Assembly (NCBI GenBank): GCA_964035545.1 | Contig: CAXIUT010000007.1 | Coordinates: 1-25,126 of the forward strand | Direction of reading: 5' to 3' | DNA length: 25,126 nucleotides | From: Bugula neritina | Lineage: Eukaryota > Animalia > Bryozoa | Shown: one piece after another, positions 1 through 13,373 of the stretch | How positions within the stretch are numbered: position 1 is the stretch's first letter | Layout of the letters: each line of letters begins with the position of its first letter | Notes under the pieces: model-generated | Database searches by the model: none | Told to the model about the DNA's origin: nothing | What the model saw: only the letters and a program-made list of their open reading frames with translations | Position numbers and translations under genes: made by a program

Positions 1-3000
1 TTAAGTGACAAATAAATTTAATAAATTATAATTGATATCAAAGTACAACATAGCTATCATGAAAAATTCAATGAATAAATAATAAAAATTATTTAGTAGA
101 TAGAAAATCAATACTAAATATTAATTCTTATTAAATATGGAATCAATAAAAAGAAAAAAATTATCCTAAATGAACTAATTCTATCGAATAAAAAGATATC
201 GTTGGAAGAGATGATCGTCAAATCAACAAAAATCGATCTAAATTAAGTATTTTTATTTATTGGGGATTAAAAAATTGACTTAAATACTTTACAACTAAAA
301 GCAAAATCAGAATATGTTATTGATATTTGTGAAGTAAAACTTTTTACCTGTAAATATCGAGGAAAAGTTAGAAAAATAAACTTAATAGCAGGAAGATCTA
401 TTTATTACAATAAAGGATTAATATTTACTTAACTTATTCAAAAGAAAGATATTATTTATAATGAAAACTAAACATTTAACTTGAGTCGAATAAAATTAAA
501 ATTTGATGTTAAAGGAAAAATTACCACTAAAGATGAGGATGAAAAAATACTTTTATCAGACCTTTAAGAATAAATAGGAGAAATAAATATTATTTTAGTA
601 GATATTTACATAAAAATTACTGTCTTTTATGAAAATCTAAGAGAATAATTTAATCTTTCTTCAGAATCAAAATTAATATAACTCAAAAAAATAATAGATT
701 AAAAACATGTACCTTTCCAATCTCAAATTTTGAACCTTATAGAAGGATAATAAATAAAAAAATAAATTTAATAATCTTAAGATGAAGAAAGAATTAGTCT
801 TTTATCATCTAATTGGGAAATAATTTTTTAATTAACTAATAGATGTAGCTACTAATTTTATGGTTTTCATGAGAATATTCCTCTTTCCTTTTAAGGATTT
901 TCATAATTCTTTGTTTAACATTAAGAAAGTACTATCAAAATGATAGAAAACTGTTCTTTTAGTAGAAAGCAATAAGAATAGCTCTTCTTTATTCAACACT
1001 TTTTCTTATATTTATACTCAGGAATAAAAAAGAGATTTCCAATAAAAACAGTCATAAATAAATTCAAAAAGCTTGTTTCAAAGATTAAATACGAAACAAT
1101 ATGGAATCCTAGCTGTTAAAACTAGACAATAAAAGTAAATTAAGCATTTGTTTTTGTTTATTTACTTAAAAATGCTGACTCAAGATTAAGAATTTAACTA
1201 ATGAATCTACTACGAGAAAATGTACCCATTCCTTTATACATCAAATAATTTGAAAACATATCTAAAGTATCTTAATAATTCAAACTTAATGAAGATCTTT
1301 TATGGATTTTAAAAGATGGCTTTACAATAACTTCTTTTGGACTACATAATTAAAATAATATAGAAAAATAAACTGGAAAAAGTTATTTACTCAATGAAAT
1401 TTTTCCCACTCATTTCTAAGAAACTCAAAATAAACATGCTATAATTCAAGGTCTTCCCTATATTACAGTAAGAGTCTTTCAAAACATATCTCCTATTCAT
1501 GTTATAGATATTCCTCATAATTGCCCATCCTATATTAACAAACAAATACTTTAGAATTCTAATATGATCCTTTTACATTCTTGGATTGGAGAAGTTTAAA
1601 CTGAAAAATAAGTTACTAGATTACAGAAGTAATTTTAAATTCCTATTATATGTTTATTAAGAGATTCAAAAGGAAAAAATAGTCTGAAAAACCTGAGAGG
1701 AAATTTTATAGCCTAATAAAGACCTCAAAAAGTGATGAATTTTTCAAAAAAAGAGTCATATCAAGTCGAAATAAATCTTTTAAAATAATAAATATACAAA
1801 TATATCAAATCAAAACTAAACAATAATGAAAGCTTTAATAAAATATTCGGATTATATAAGCAAAATTAAATTTATAGAAACTTTAGTGTAATAGTTGGAA
1901 CTCTTGAACAAAAAATGCTTCATTTAACGATGATAGGAGACTAAATGTAGAAAATAAAAAACATATAAAAAACTACTTATGAAGAATCAAAAATAAATCT
2001 AATTAAATAAGCTATGAAGTAAAAGCTAAGTCCTTAGTTGATTAGTATAATTAGGTTTTTAAAGAAATAAGAAGTAAAACCAATTCAAAATTTAATTTTA
2101 AACTTACTTAGATAAAAGCTAAAAACTTTTCAAAATGAATTAAATTTAAAATATCTAAAAATATATGAACTTAGAGATAATTTTAACTTGATAAAATAAA
2201 TAAATGATAATAAATAAAAATAATAAAAGTTCTAAGAATTAAATAATAAACTTAGATAACTTAATGAATTAAATCCTTCTTCTATTATAGGCAAAGATGA
2301 TTCAACTATTTTTGATATTATTACAGAAATGATTAATACATATGAAAACAAAGTAAAACCTAGAATATTTTCTGTTGAACTTTTCTGGAGATAACTAAAT
2401 TATCTTATTAGTGTTGACTAAAATTTTAAGATAGGAGGATAATTATTACTAAGTACTCTTAAGTAACTTAAATAAGTTGAGATTAATAGTAATCTTCCCT
2501 TTGAAGTCATTGATGGAGATCTATTATAAATGCCTCGTCGACTAATGACAAAATTATTTGAAAACAAAGATGAAAGAGCTATTGTAATTACGATCTTAGG
2601 ACCTCAAAGTTCTGGAAAATCAACTTTACTCAACTTTTTGTTTGGTTGTGATTTTGCTACAAGTGAAGGAAGATGTACAAGAGGAGTCTATGGTACTTAT
2701 TTTAAATTTGCTTAAAATAAAGGTCAATTCAATAGTTTAACTCACTGTGAAGGCATATTTGTAATCGATACTGAAGGTTTATTTGCACTAACAAACGATA
2801 AAGACAAAGATGATTAAGATCGAAAAGACTTTGATTCAAAATTGGTTCTATTTTGTCTGGCTGTTTCTGATTTTGTTGTTGTAAATGTTAGAGGAAATTT
2901 CGATCAAAACACTGAGAAGATTATAAGACTCTGTCATCAAAGACTTTAAGATTTAAACATAGAAAAGGAAAAAAGACCTTAGATAATTGTTGTTTTAAAT

Positions 3001-6000
3001 CAAAATGCTTCTGATAAAAAAGAATAATCATAAAATTAGTTTAAATAAATCAAAAAAACTATTGACTTTTAGCTAAGCAAATCACTTTCTTTAGCTTATC
3101 AGATAAAAAACTATGGTTATGAATAAATAAGTTTGTTTGGTAAAAATCAAAAACTTACAAAGAAATATCCTCTTGAAGCATTTTTAAAGGAAACAAGTAA
3201 CTTAATGAATTAAATATTAAAAAAAATTATGAAAAAAAGAGGAATTTCAAAATTATCTTAAATAATATAAAAGTTTGAACGTATCTGGTCAATGGTTGTA
3301 GCTTTTCCTAATTTATCAAAATCAGTGACAAACTAATATCGTTCTCTCTAAAAAAATATCAAACAATGGAAAGATAATTATGATGAATAATAAAAATTTG
3401 GTTTAGTTAAAATGCTTGAAGATTTTAAAGCCAATAAGATCACATAAAACAAAATAATATAAGAAATACAAGTGAATTAGAAAAAAATAATGCAACTATT
3501 TGAGAAAGATTTTAAAGAAAAAGCTGCAGATGATGAATAAATTAAATTTCTAAAAAGACAATAAAAATCAAAAATAACTTCTAAAGCTTTAGTAACTAGA
3601 GCTAATATTAAATATTAGTTGGAAAATATCAGACTAAAGAGTCAAATTAGACTATCTAAGATAGAAGGAGATTTTATGTTAAAAGAAAAAGCTAAATAAA
3701 TATTTAGTAATCAAGCTAATCTATCAGATGAGGAGAAAAAAAATATTTTCGATAAATATTTTACTGAACAATTAGAAAAAATATAACTAACAACTAACTT
3801 AGGTGAAGAGATAGTCAGGTAATATCAGACTATTTATGATAATTATTTATTTTTGATTCGATAGCAGACAGGTTCTGAGAAAGGTCTTCCTAAATAAAAA
3901 GGATGGATAGGAGATGAAAAGTGTGATATATAAACTATGTTAAAGATGATAAAATAAAAGATAATTGATCCTAACTCAAGATATTATGAAGATGTTTTAT
4001 TCCATACAAACAAAATACACACCAATATTCTCAAAGGTGGCAAAACTGATGCTTCTCTTGAGTATTTTAATATGAGAGACTACTTCAAGACATAGTAAAT
4101 AATTTAATACTATGTTGTTAATCAATATAATGTTTAAAAATGTTTAAAGAAATAAGTTTTAAAAGAAATTTATAAAACTACTGTTGAATAAGCAAACAAA
4201 AAAGTTAAAATTAGCTCTAAACTAAGAAAAATTTGGAATAATATCAACTAATCTTTATAATAAATTGGTTTAAGATTCTTAGATTTTGAAAACTTCTAAG
4301 AGTTATTTGAAATTTATGAAGGTAAAGCTTTAGCTACTTTTGTAAACTTTTTTAAAAATAAAAAAGAATAAATAAAATATGAATTTTTTGATATCTAAAA
4401 AAAAGTTTAAATTATCAAAGAAAAATATGAGTGCTATTACTACTATTGTGATTGCAAAAGAGGTAAAAAATATCGTCATGAAAGAGAAGTGGTAAACCAT
4501 AAAAACCATAATTTTTCAATTTTTCTAAATCAATATGCCGAAGATTATAACTATTCTGAAAGAAGGTGTCTTTGCAGTTATGATAAAAAAGATCCAAAAT
4601 CATATTTGCTTCCTCGTTTTTATAGACATATTAATTGGAACGCTATCCTTCTTGAACTTCAAAGAGCCTAAGATTATCAATATAAATAAAAAATGATAAA
4701 CTAAAAAATGACAACAGATGTGAATAAAGATATTAAAAGTTTAAATATGAGAATTACTAATAATGTAAATTGGAAACAGTTTTTAGATTCTCATTATTCA
4801 ACTTATAAATATATTACATTTTAAATGCCTGAAGAAACAAAATTTGTTCCATCTTATGACCAAATATGTTCTTTAGCTTAATAAACTACTTATATCAAAG
4901 CTAAATAATTTAGAAATGCACTCTCAAAATATCAAGCAAAAGATAATTTTTATCAATCTGACTTACCTATATTAGCTATTAAAAATTATAAATTAAATAC
5001 AGTATCGAAAAACAGTTATTTTAATGCCTATCTCAAAGATAATACGAATTTAACTATTAAATAACTTAAAAAACATGATTTTAAACAGTTTATTTTCTAA
5101 TAGTTAAGAAATAGAAAACAAAGTCTAGACAAATTTTACTTCAATGTTTTCTATATTGTCTAAAATACTATAAAATCATGGCAAAAAATATAAAAAAGAA
5201 CCTATATAGAAATCTACAACAAAGTTAATCAATAAATTTGTAAATTCAATAACGATCTTAATCAAATTTCTTGCAATCTATCGGACAAATATATTGGATA
5301 TATAAATCTAGCAGTGGTTTACATGATATGGAAGCTAATAATAGCTCAAAAAATAAAAGAAAAAAGATAAATTTATGATGCAAAACAGCATGAATATTAA
5401 AATGAATGGCAACTCTTCAAAGCTAGAACTTCAAATGATGAAGAAGTGAATGTACAAGGAGATATAAAGTAATTTTTAAAAGAATTTATCAATATAATGA
5501 AAGATATAGTCAGTAAAAGAAAAGAACAATATTTCCAAATATAAAAACAATAATTCTAAAAATAAAACTCAAGAGATAAAATACAAACACTTATTGATAT
5601 GGAAATCTTTAAAAAATAAAGCTCATAAAATCAAATCATGTAATATCTTTAATACCCATTTGAAACTATCCAAAAGAAATATAATAACTGTTACTAAGTC
5701 AGTTGGAATAATCTACAACTAAAATATTCTACTGAAAGAATTGCTAAAGATACACTTAAATAGTTTTATTAAATCTTAGGAGTTTTACTTGCCCTCTTTG
5801 ATTAAAATGGCTTAGATTAAAGTAAAAAAAGTTTTAGTGATATTTTTGAAATAGTTGATAAAGAAGTCAAAGAGTAAAATTTATAAACAATCCGTGAAGT
5901 ATATCAAACATAAGGCAAAAGAGTTCTTTATGAATACTTCATTGATACCCTTCTTTGTGAAGATCCTCTAAAACTAAGAAAATGTGCAAAGCTTAAAGTG

Positions 6001-7182
6001 AAGCCAGTCAAACCTCTTAATGTTGTAACTCAATGTAGTGCAACACTTAGAAGTCTTTTAATTGAAGTTAAAACTATAAAATATTTATCTCTTACAAATA
6101 TGGTTAAATTTTTGAAAAAGCTTTTAACTCCTGAAGTGAGAACTAACTTTAATGAAGAAATATAGAAGATAAGTAAACTCGATGATCAAAAAGATAAATT
6201 AAGTTATATCAATGCTATAAAAGTGGTTATTTGTACTGAAAAATGTCCTTGCTGTGGTAGAATATGCGGAATAGAAAATAATCATCAATATCATCAATGT
6301 CTTTATGGTCATCAGATGAGAGGACTCAATGGAACTTATATTGAATGTTAAAATCAAGTCAAATAAGCATCTGTTGTTAGGTGTGAACAACTCTCATAAA
6401 CAGATAGAATGCGCTACAATGGAACTGAATATACTTGGCTTGAATTTAAATAATACTGGAAAGGTAAAAAACAAGGAGGATGGCTATTTGACGATGCTAA
6501 TTTAAGCAATAACTCAAATCAAATTAGATTTGAACAGGCTTGGACTATCGCAGGTCCAGTTTACTGTGCCAAAAATAACATTAAATATGTTTCTTTTAAT
6601 AAAGCTGATGTACAAAAGCAAGATGCAACATCAAATCCTATCCACTACATTTTTGCTTTAGATGAATCAGGATCAATGTCAGGTAGTCAATGGGCTAAGT
6701 TATTGGGAAGTTTTAAAGAAACTATTTAAAAAATTAAAACAAAAGATGCCAATAGAAACATACTAAAAGTGTCTTTGATGAAATTTGACACATCTCCTAC
6801 ACTAGTTAGCTAAAATTATAACCCAGGTCAAATCAATACAAATATACCTTGCCGTGGTGGAGGCACATGCTTCGATCCTCCCTTTAACTTGGCTGCTACA
6901 ATAGCTTCTAAGTATATTGATAAATCAATAGTTGTTTTTATTTTTATGACTGATGGTCATGCTTCTTATCCAGCTACTGGTATTCAAGCACTAAAAAAAT
7001 TACAAAGTAGCTATCCGAATAAATTAAAATATGCTGGAATATAATTTACATCTCAAGCACAAGTTATGAAAACAATAGCAGCTGAACTAAAAGGTACAAC
7101 TGGAATAGCATATAATCCACAACAGCTAACAGATCTCTTTATGAAGAGTATTGAAGTCATTGCCTATAGAGAACAAAACTGA
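1..7182 (+). CDS. Very large inducible GTPase (GVIN1/VLIG-type G domain) with a Cys/His zinc-binding motif and C-terminal vWA domain; 5' partial, >=2393 aa, no intron within the window
   Basis: Frame 1 has no TGA from position 1 to the TGA at 7180-7182. Degenerate first P-loop TGKSYLLN (~1372). GVIN-like SVELFWRE(TAA)L and PFEVIDGD precede G1 GPQSSGKST (2599), G2 GRCTRG and G3 DTEG (2767). C-x3-CPCC-x3-C-x5-H-x2-H-x-C-x3-H lies at 6232-6312. vWA MIDAS DESGS (6661), GGGT and FMTDG (~6949). Confidence 0.88.
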
Positions 7183-7373
7183 ATGATTCAATCGTAAATT
7201 ATATCAAATTAATAAAATTAATTAATAACTATTTATTCAAATAATTATGATTTATATTTTTTGATAGATTTGAAAAAAGTGACTTTTTTATATTTAATTT
7301 AATTTTTATTTAATTATTTATCTTCGAGATCGATATATCCCAACCCCGATTAGATAATGTTATAATATTAATA

Positions 7374-7860
7374 ATGGCAAATCAGTTTAGCGAAGAACAA
7401 AGAAAGACTATTTTAATGTCATTCCAGCAGTTAGATAGTGACTCAGATGGAAAGCTTACTCATTAAGTACCATTCTGTTAAGTTAGGAAGTTTCTGCTTT
7501 GATTCGAGACATGGGATGTCTAGAAAATGAATAGTAAATTGACAAACTCATCAGTGAATGTGATGCAGATAACAATGGTACAATAGAAGCTGGATAGTTT
7601 CTATCACTTATGGCACAGTAAGAGCTCTCCTAAACAGTATGATGTCCACCATTACCGATTAAAAAGATCTAGTTTAAAGCTTTAATATTCTTTCTCATAA
7701 CCAACCAGCCATCACAATTGACAGTCTTAAAGATGTTTTATCGAAAATGGGATAAAGCAAACTCTCAGAAGAAGATATCAAAAACATGATCGAATAAGCT
7801 GATCTTAATGGGAGTGGAAAAGTATCTTTTGAATAGTTCAAAAAATTAATGAGCCGCTGA
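7374..7860 (+). CDS. Calmodulin-like EF-hand protein, 148 aa, 2 introns (7467-7486, 7618-7637)
   Basis: The spliced ORF runs MANQFSEEQRK...LMSR*. EF loops are DSDSDGKLTHEE, DADNNGTIEAGE(TAG) and DLNGSGKVSFEE(TAG); the third EF-hand is degenerate. Too divergent to be canonical calmodulin. Confidence 0.88.
7467..7486 (+). other. 20-nt spliceosomal intron
   Basis: gtaccattctgttaagttag; removal completes EF-hand 1. Confidence 0.85.
7618..7637 (+). other. 20-nt spliceosomal intron
   Basis: gtaagagctctcctaaacag; removal restores the calmodulin-like frame. Confidence 0.85.
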
Positions 7861-7971
7861 CCATTGATATCTATCCCTTAATTTAAAGAATACTTTTATC
7901 AATTAGAATTGGATTAATTCTTACGATATTTTTAATAAGTAAGTTAATATAAAGATTTATTGTTGATATCT

Positions 7972-9954
7972 ATGGATCCAAAAGTAATAGAAAACGAACT
8001 TCGCAGTCATAAAATCAGAGAAGGACCTATCTATAAACGTTCTAAGTTCTTACAGGAGTGGCAAGAACGCTGGATGGTACTCACAATGAACTACATTCTT
8101 ATTTTTAGCAATCGTAATCTCAAAGAAATGGTTGAGTTCATTGATCTAAGATAAGTTAAAACATATAAAAGCTATCTGAAAAAATAAGAAGACATGATTC
8201 CAGCTGGTTTCAAGATCAGAACTCTCGAAGATATGTTCTACTTCTGTGCAAGAAATTGCAATTAAAAATGGACCTGGATAGTTTCACTTGAAAGACTCAT
8301 GGATTTCAAGTATGCAGGAAAAAGCCCTTATAACAATGCAGATTGGATACATAATAAAGGTTTCATGAGTCAAAGATAATTCGAAAGAGGAAAGTTTGAT
8401 GAACCAGAATTTTAATAACCTAAACCTGTTTAAAAGCCTAAAGTTGAAGAAAAACCAAAAGAAGTACCTAAGCCTCAACTACCATCAGTAACTGAGTCAG
8501 ATCTCAACAAAAAAATGAAAGAACTTGACGAATAGATGCAAAAAATAAAAGAAAAATAGGAAGAAATGCATCATAAAGAAAGATAGAACGAAGAAATGTT
8601 TTTATTTGAACTTAATAAACTTAAAAAAACTGAATAATCTCTTAGATAACTTCAACTTCAAGTGGAATAAAAATATAGAGAGGCTGAAAGAATGTTAGTA
8701 GAAGGAGGTCGTGTTTCTTCAAATAGAGATAAGCCAGTATAACTAGCAGTCGAATAAGCAATGATAGCTATGCAAAAAACATAATCTGAAATGATATAAT
8801 AACCAAAAGCAAGAGTATAAGGATAAAGTTTCTTTGAGCCTATTCGATAAACTATGGGATAACATTCTGAATAAAATGCTATTTCTTAGACTACTGTAGA
8901 AACAGTGGAATCTATTTAAAAACAATAATGTACTGTAGTTGAGACAACTGTTGAATCTAATTAAAAACCTTAATAAAGTGTAGTTGAGAAAATAGAAACT
9001 GCTATTATTTCAGAATAAAAAAAAGATAAAGAGGAAGAAAAAAAAGAATAATTTGATCCATTGAATTAAAGTTAGAAAAAAGAAGAACCAGAAAAATAGA
9101 CTGAAGTTATTCATTAAAAATCTGGAATATCATTGACAAGTTCAGTTATGGTATCAGAACAAAAATCAGCTGAACCTGAAAAATCTAACTAAAAGGTTCC
9201 TTAGATCAGTTCACCAGAAAAGAAATAATCTTCAACTTCTTAAGTGCCTAAAAAAGCTTAATAATAGTCGCCTCAATCTTAGAAAAAAGAAATAGTGATG
9301 AGTAAAAGAATCAAAGATATGAAAAATTTCTTTGAAAGTCAAGGAAAAGGAAAAGTAGTCTTACCACAGCAACCAATTAATGCTTCAAAAATGAAAGAAA
9401 GTGAAAAGAAAGTTGAGAAAAAAGATGAAGGAGTTCATCTGCATATGTGTAGGGATAAAGTAGTAGTTAATTTACTTGAATAGTTCCATCCTAAAGCTTA
9501 TAATTATCCAGGTTTAAGATATATCATCTAATTTTTGATAACTATCTGTTCAGAAAGATCTCTCGGATATCAGAGTTTCCTCATTAGAGAAGCTAAAGCC
9601 AACTCGAATCGCTTCTTATTTGCATAAGTTCTTCTTGAACTAATCAACAACTACAAAAAGTATGATCAATTTGGATGTCTAGCTAAAGTTATTGAAGTTT
9701 TAATTTTTGAAGCCCCAGGGATATTTAAACTGAATCACTTTGATCTCATCAAGAAAAAACTTGTAGATCTAGTCTATCATGCACCTGATGGACATTCAGA
9801 TATTCCAATTCTTTTAAAGACTCTTTATGTTGTTCATAAAATGAAAAACCTTGAAAAAGATGAAAAACTAAAGGAGAAATTAACTGACTTATCAGGAAAG
9901 ATATCTTCTGTAGAAGGCAAGAACTGGGCTCGCAAATTGATTGAAGACCTTTGA
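7972..9954 (+). CDS. PH-domain protein with long Glu/Lys-rich middle region and helical C-terminal domain, 660 aa
   Basis: Continuous frame from ATG 7972 to TGA 9952-9954. N-terminal PH signature IREGPIYKRSKFLQEWQERWMVL...FYFCARNCNEKWTWI. Confidence 0.85.
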
Positions 9955-10036
9955 TTCTATTCATTATATCTAGCTTAAATCATAAAAAAATATTATTAAA
10001 ATATTTGATAATAACGTAGATAAAATAGCTCTGTAA

Positions 10037-13000
10037 TCAATCAACTTATTTTGAAGGTTTCGAAAGTGGTGCAAATATTTAAGCGGGAACGACTATTTTA
10101 AAGATAGGAGCAAGGAATAGAGGTAGAGAGCCTAGACCAATACAGAGTAGATGTTCGTTTACGCTTAGTGGAACAGTTCTCAAAGGTTCTCCTCCGAATT
10201 CCACACAGGCAATCTGAATGATAATGGTCATAATAAGGATCAAAATGAAGAGGTAGTTATTGAAGAAGTTTGAGAAGACATTCAGCTCTGTTGACTTAAG
10301 TTTTCTGGCATTGATTTCATTAAAGACTTGCATCAACACAAATGTATTGAAAAAGAAGCAATAATGCTTACCAGTTTCATTAGTCCATTCTTTAGCTCCT
10401 ATTGAAGATTAGATATCAAATAATTGAGGACCTAAATATGAAATAGAATACCCTTGAATAAAATAGCACCAAGCACAACAATCTGAAGCATTCCTTGACA
10501 AATAATGTTCTTCCACATATCTGGTGTAATCAAATTTTAGAATTTAGAATAAGGTTTTCTTTGCAAGAGTTCATCTGTTGGAGGTTCAGTTGCCAAAGCA
10601 AGAGAAGCCAAAGTATCCATGATCAAGTTGACCCACAACATCTGAATAGGACTCAATGGAGATTCCTTCAAGATAGCTGCTCCTGCAAAAGCCATCACCA
10701 AAGCTGCGCAGTTGACAGTCAACTGGAACTGTAAAAACTTTCTAATAGAATCGAAAATGTTTCTGCCCCACTTCATAGCAGTGACAATTGAACTGAAATT
10801 ATCATCGAGTAAGATAATACCTGCAGCCTATTTAGCCACTTCAGTTCCAGCAATACCCATAGCAAATCCAATATCAGCCTTCTTCAAAGCTGGAGCATCA
10901 TTAGTTCCATCACCAGTCATAGCAACTACATGGTTCAATTGTTTAAGACCAGTAGCCATGATATATTTATCAGTTGGAGATGAACGAGCAAGGACTTTCA
11001 GTTGATCTCTCACTTTTTTGAAGTTTTAGATGTTATGAATTACATCTTTATTTTCTTAATTCTTATCAAGACCTCCCACAAACTCTCTGAAATCAGCACC
11101 AGTCATCACAGTATAATCTTCCTTTCCTTTCTTAACCCATTCTTCTTGAAGAATACCAGCTTCTTTAGCAATAGCAACAGCAGTTTGAGGATTATCTCCA
11201 GTGATCATTCTCACTCTAACTCCAGCCTAGAAACAAAGTTTAACAGCATGAGGTACTTGTTCTCTGATTGGATCTTTAATCCCTACCATACCAATAATAA
11301 TCAAATCTTTTTCAATTTGCTCTTTTTATGATCCCTCATTGATACTTTCATCTTCTTTATAGGTAATAAGCAAAGTTCTTAAGGTGGCATCAGCAAATTC
11401 TTTAAGTTTGCTGTTTAATGTGTTTTTGAATTCATCAGTGATAGGTACAGGTTGTCCTGCAGCATTCAAGAATCTAGTACAATTCTTCATGATAAAATCA
11501 GGAGCTCCTTTAGCATAAACTGTTACTTTTCCTTTCTCCCGGACAACACTACTCATCGATTTGGTTTCAGAACTGAAAGGAACAACTTTAATAGTGTTAG
11601 CTTTAAAGTCTTTTCTAACGTTTCTGTAGTTGAATCCACAATTATAAGCCAATTCTAAGAGTGCGCAGTCAGTTTTGTTTCCAATTTGATCTACTTTTTA
11701 ACCATCAAATATCGGGTTAGCACTTGAATTGACACAAACTCCAACTGAAAATCTTTCTGCTACTTTCTCATTAACATTATCTTTGTTTGGTTTATCTATA
11801 GTATTTTCAAGAAGGAAGAACTTTGTAACTTTCATACTATTCATTGTTAAAGTACCTGTTTTATCTGAACAAATATTATCAGCTCCTCCCATAGTCTAAC
11901 AAGCTTGCAAATATCTAACTAAGTTATTATCCTTCAACATTTTACCAACTGAATAAGCTAAGGCAATAGTAACAGCAAGAGGGAGACCTTAAGGAACTGC
12001 AACCACAATGATACTGACTGCAATAATGAAAGCTTCAACAAGAAGATGAAGAGTATCTAGAGTCAATAATTGTCCCATAAAGTTTCCTGTGGCATAAGCT
12101 CCATATAGGATATGACCTAACATAGCAACAAAAGTTAAAATGGCTGCATAGAATCCAACATCTCCAATTTGACTTGCCAAAACTGATAACTTTTCTTGAA
12201 GAGGAGTAACATCTTCTTCTTGTACTAATGTTTTCTTCAAGATTCCGTATTGGCAATGTTATCCCACAGCAAGAACTACCATTCTACCAGTTCCTTCTAA
12301 AATCTTAGAACTTGATATCAAGAAAGGATTGACTTTTTATCCTTATTGGAATGTTGGAACACCTTTTTTGATACCAATAGGTTCTCCTGTCATAGAAGAC
12401 TCATCAGCAATAATATCATGACTTTCAATGAGGTAGCCATCGACTGAGATAATTTATCCTGTTTCGATAATTTGAATATCTCCTACCAGAAGGTCATCAA
12501 CAAGAATATTATCAACGTGGTCGTTACGATATACATTGACTTTCTTGAAACTTGCCACTTTGTTAAGTTTTTTGAATTGCTGTTCTTTAATCCAGTTGTT
12601 TCCTGATGTTACGGTTACAATGATGACGACAGCTAACAAAATGGATGTGCCTTCCATCCAGCCATGAGCCAAACCTTCAGTAGCGATTCCCAAAATAAGT
12701 GATACTATAGCTGCTACGCAAAGGATGCGCAACATCTCGTCTTCAAAGCTTTCAACAATCTGCATTATTTCAGAAATACCATCTACCATAGAGTTTTTTA
12801 TGGCTTAGTCACCTCGATGTTTTCTCCAAAACGTTCTTTTCTCTGAGCCTTTTGATCTTCTGAATCGCAAATACCTTTCTGAATTAATTTTAGACTACCT
12901 TTCCATCAACGCTTAATCCCTTGAGAAGGCCCTATGTTCCTCCCCAGTTCTTGAGAGCTTTCATTGAATCGCCCTAGCGGATTTTGTCTGCGTCGAATAG

Positions 13001-13053
13001 GTTTCTAAGTGGAAGAAGTAGTACTTTAGTTCCTAAAGAGAATACTTGAACAT
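10037..13053 (-). CDS. P-type IIB (PMCA-like) Ca2+-transporting ATPase, ~978 aa, 4 introns
   Basis: Motifs [13 protein letters not shown](TAA)GLPLAV, ACE(TAG)[77 protein letters not shown] and FNEINAR. Introns at 13005-13024, 12879-12898, 12760-12779 and 10432-10451 restore one frame. Confidence 0.95.
10432..10451 (-). other. 20-nt spliceosomal intron
   Basis: gtattctatttcatatttag; explains the frame change between Ca2+-ATPase ORF pieces. Confidence 0.88.
12760..12779 (-). other. 20-nt spliceosomal intron
   Basis: gtatttctgaaataatgcag; gives KTLWEM|IVESFED. Confidence 0.85.
12879..12898 (-). other. 20-nt spliceosomal intron
   Basis: gtagtctaaaattaattcag; gives LSVDGK|KGI. Confidence 0.85.
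13005..13024 (-). other. 20-nt spliceosomal intron
   Basis: gtactacttcttccacttag; gives SLEELK|NLF. Confidence 0.8.
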
Positions 13054-13274
13054 TCAAAAATAAAATATCCAAAAGCCACGCAATCAGCATATAAAAGTTA
13101 ATTTACCTTTAATTTATAATATCTATAAACTCTGATCAATTCTGTAAAAAATAATTAAAGCCTCACTTCCATTATACTTCAATCATCAGTCAATCTCATC
13201 AAAATTATTTCATTCATGCTACCAAATTCATATTATATTATATTTTATATTTTAAGTGCAATTCAATTCTATAA

Positions 13275-13373
13275 GGGGTTGGGGTTGGGGTTGGGGTTGG
13301 GGTTGGGGTTGGGGTTGGGGTTGGGGTTGGGGTTGGGGTTGGGGTTGGGGTTGGGGTTGGGGTTGGGGTTGGG
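13275..13373 (+). repeat. Internal telomeric tract (GGGGTT)n, 99 nt
   Basis: 16.5 perfect GGGGTT units, the Tetrahymena-type telomere repeat. Begins GGGGTT after an A and ends TTGGG. Confidence 0.97.

Noticed and set aside
13200-13274. Tetrahymena-type chromosome breakage sequence near the telomere junctions
   Set aside because: I found no match to the 15-bp Cbs consensus and no shared motif in the three left flanks beyond a terminal A. Such motifs are normally lost on breakage anyway.
13216-13373. ATG at 13216 reading through the telomeric tract into the downstream gene
   Set aside because: It is in a different frame from the downstream ORF, with or without the 99-nt tract.
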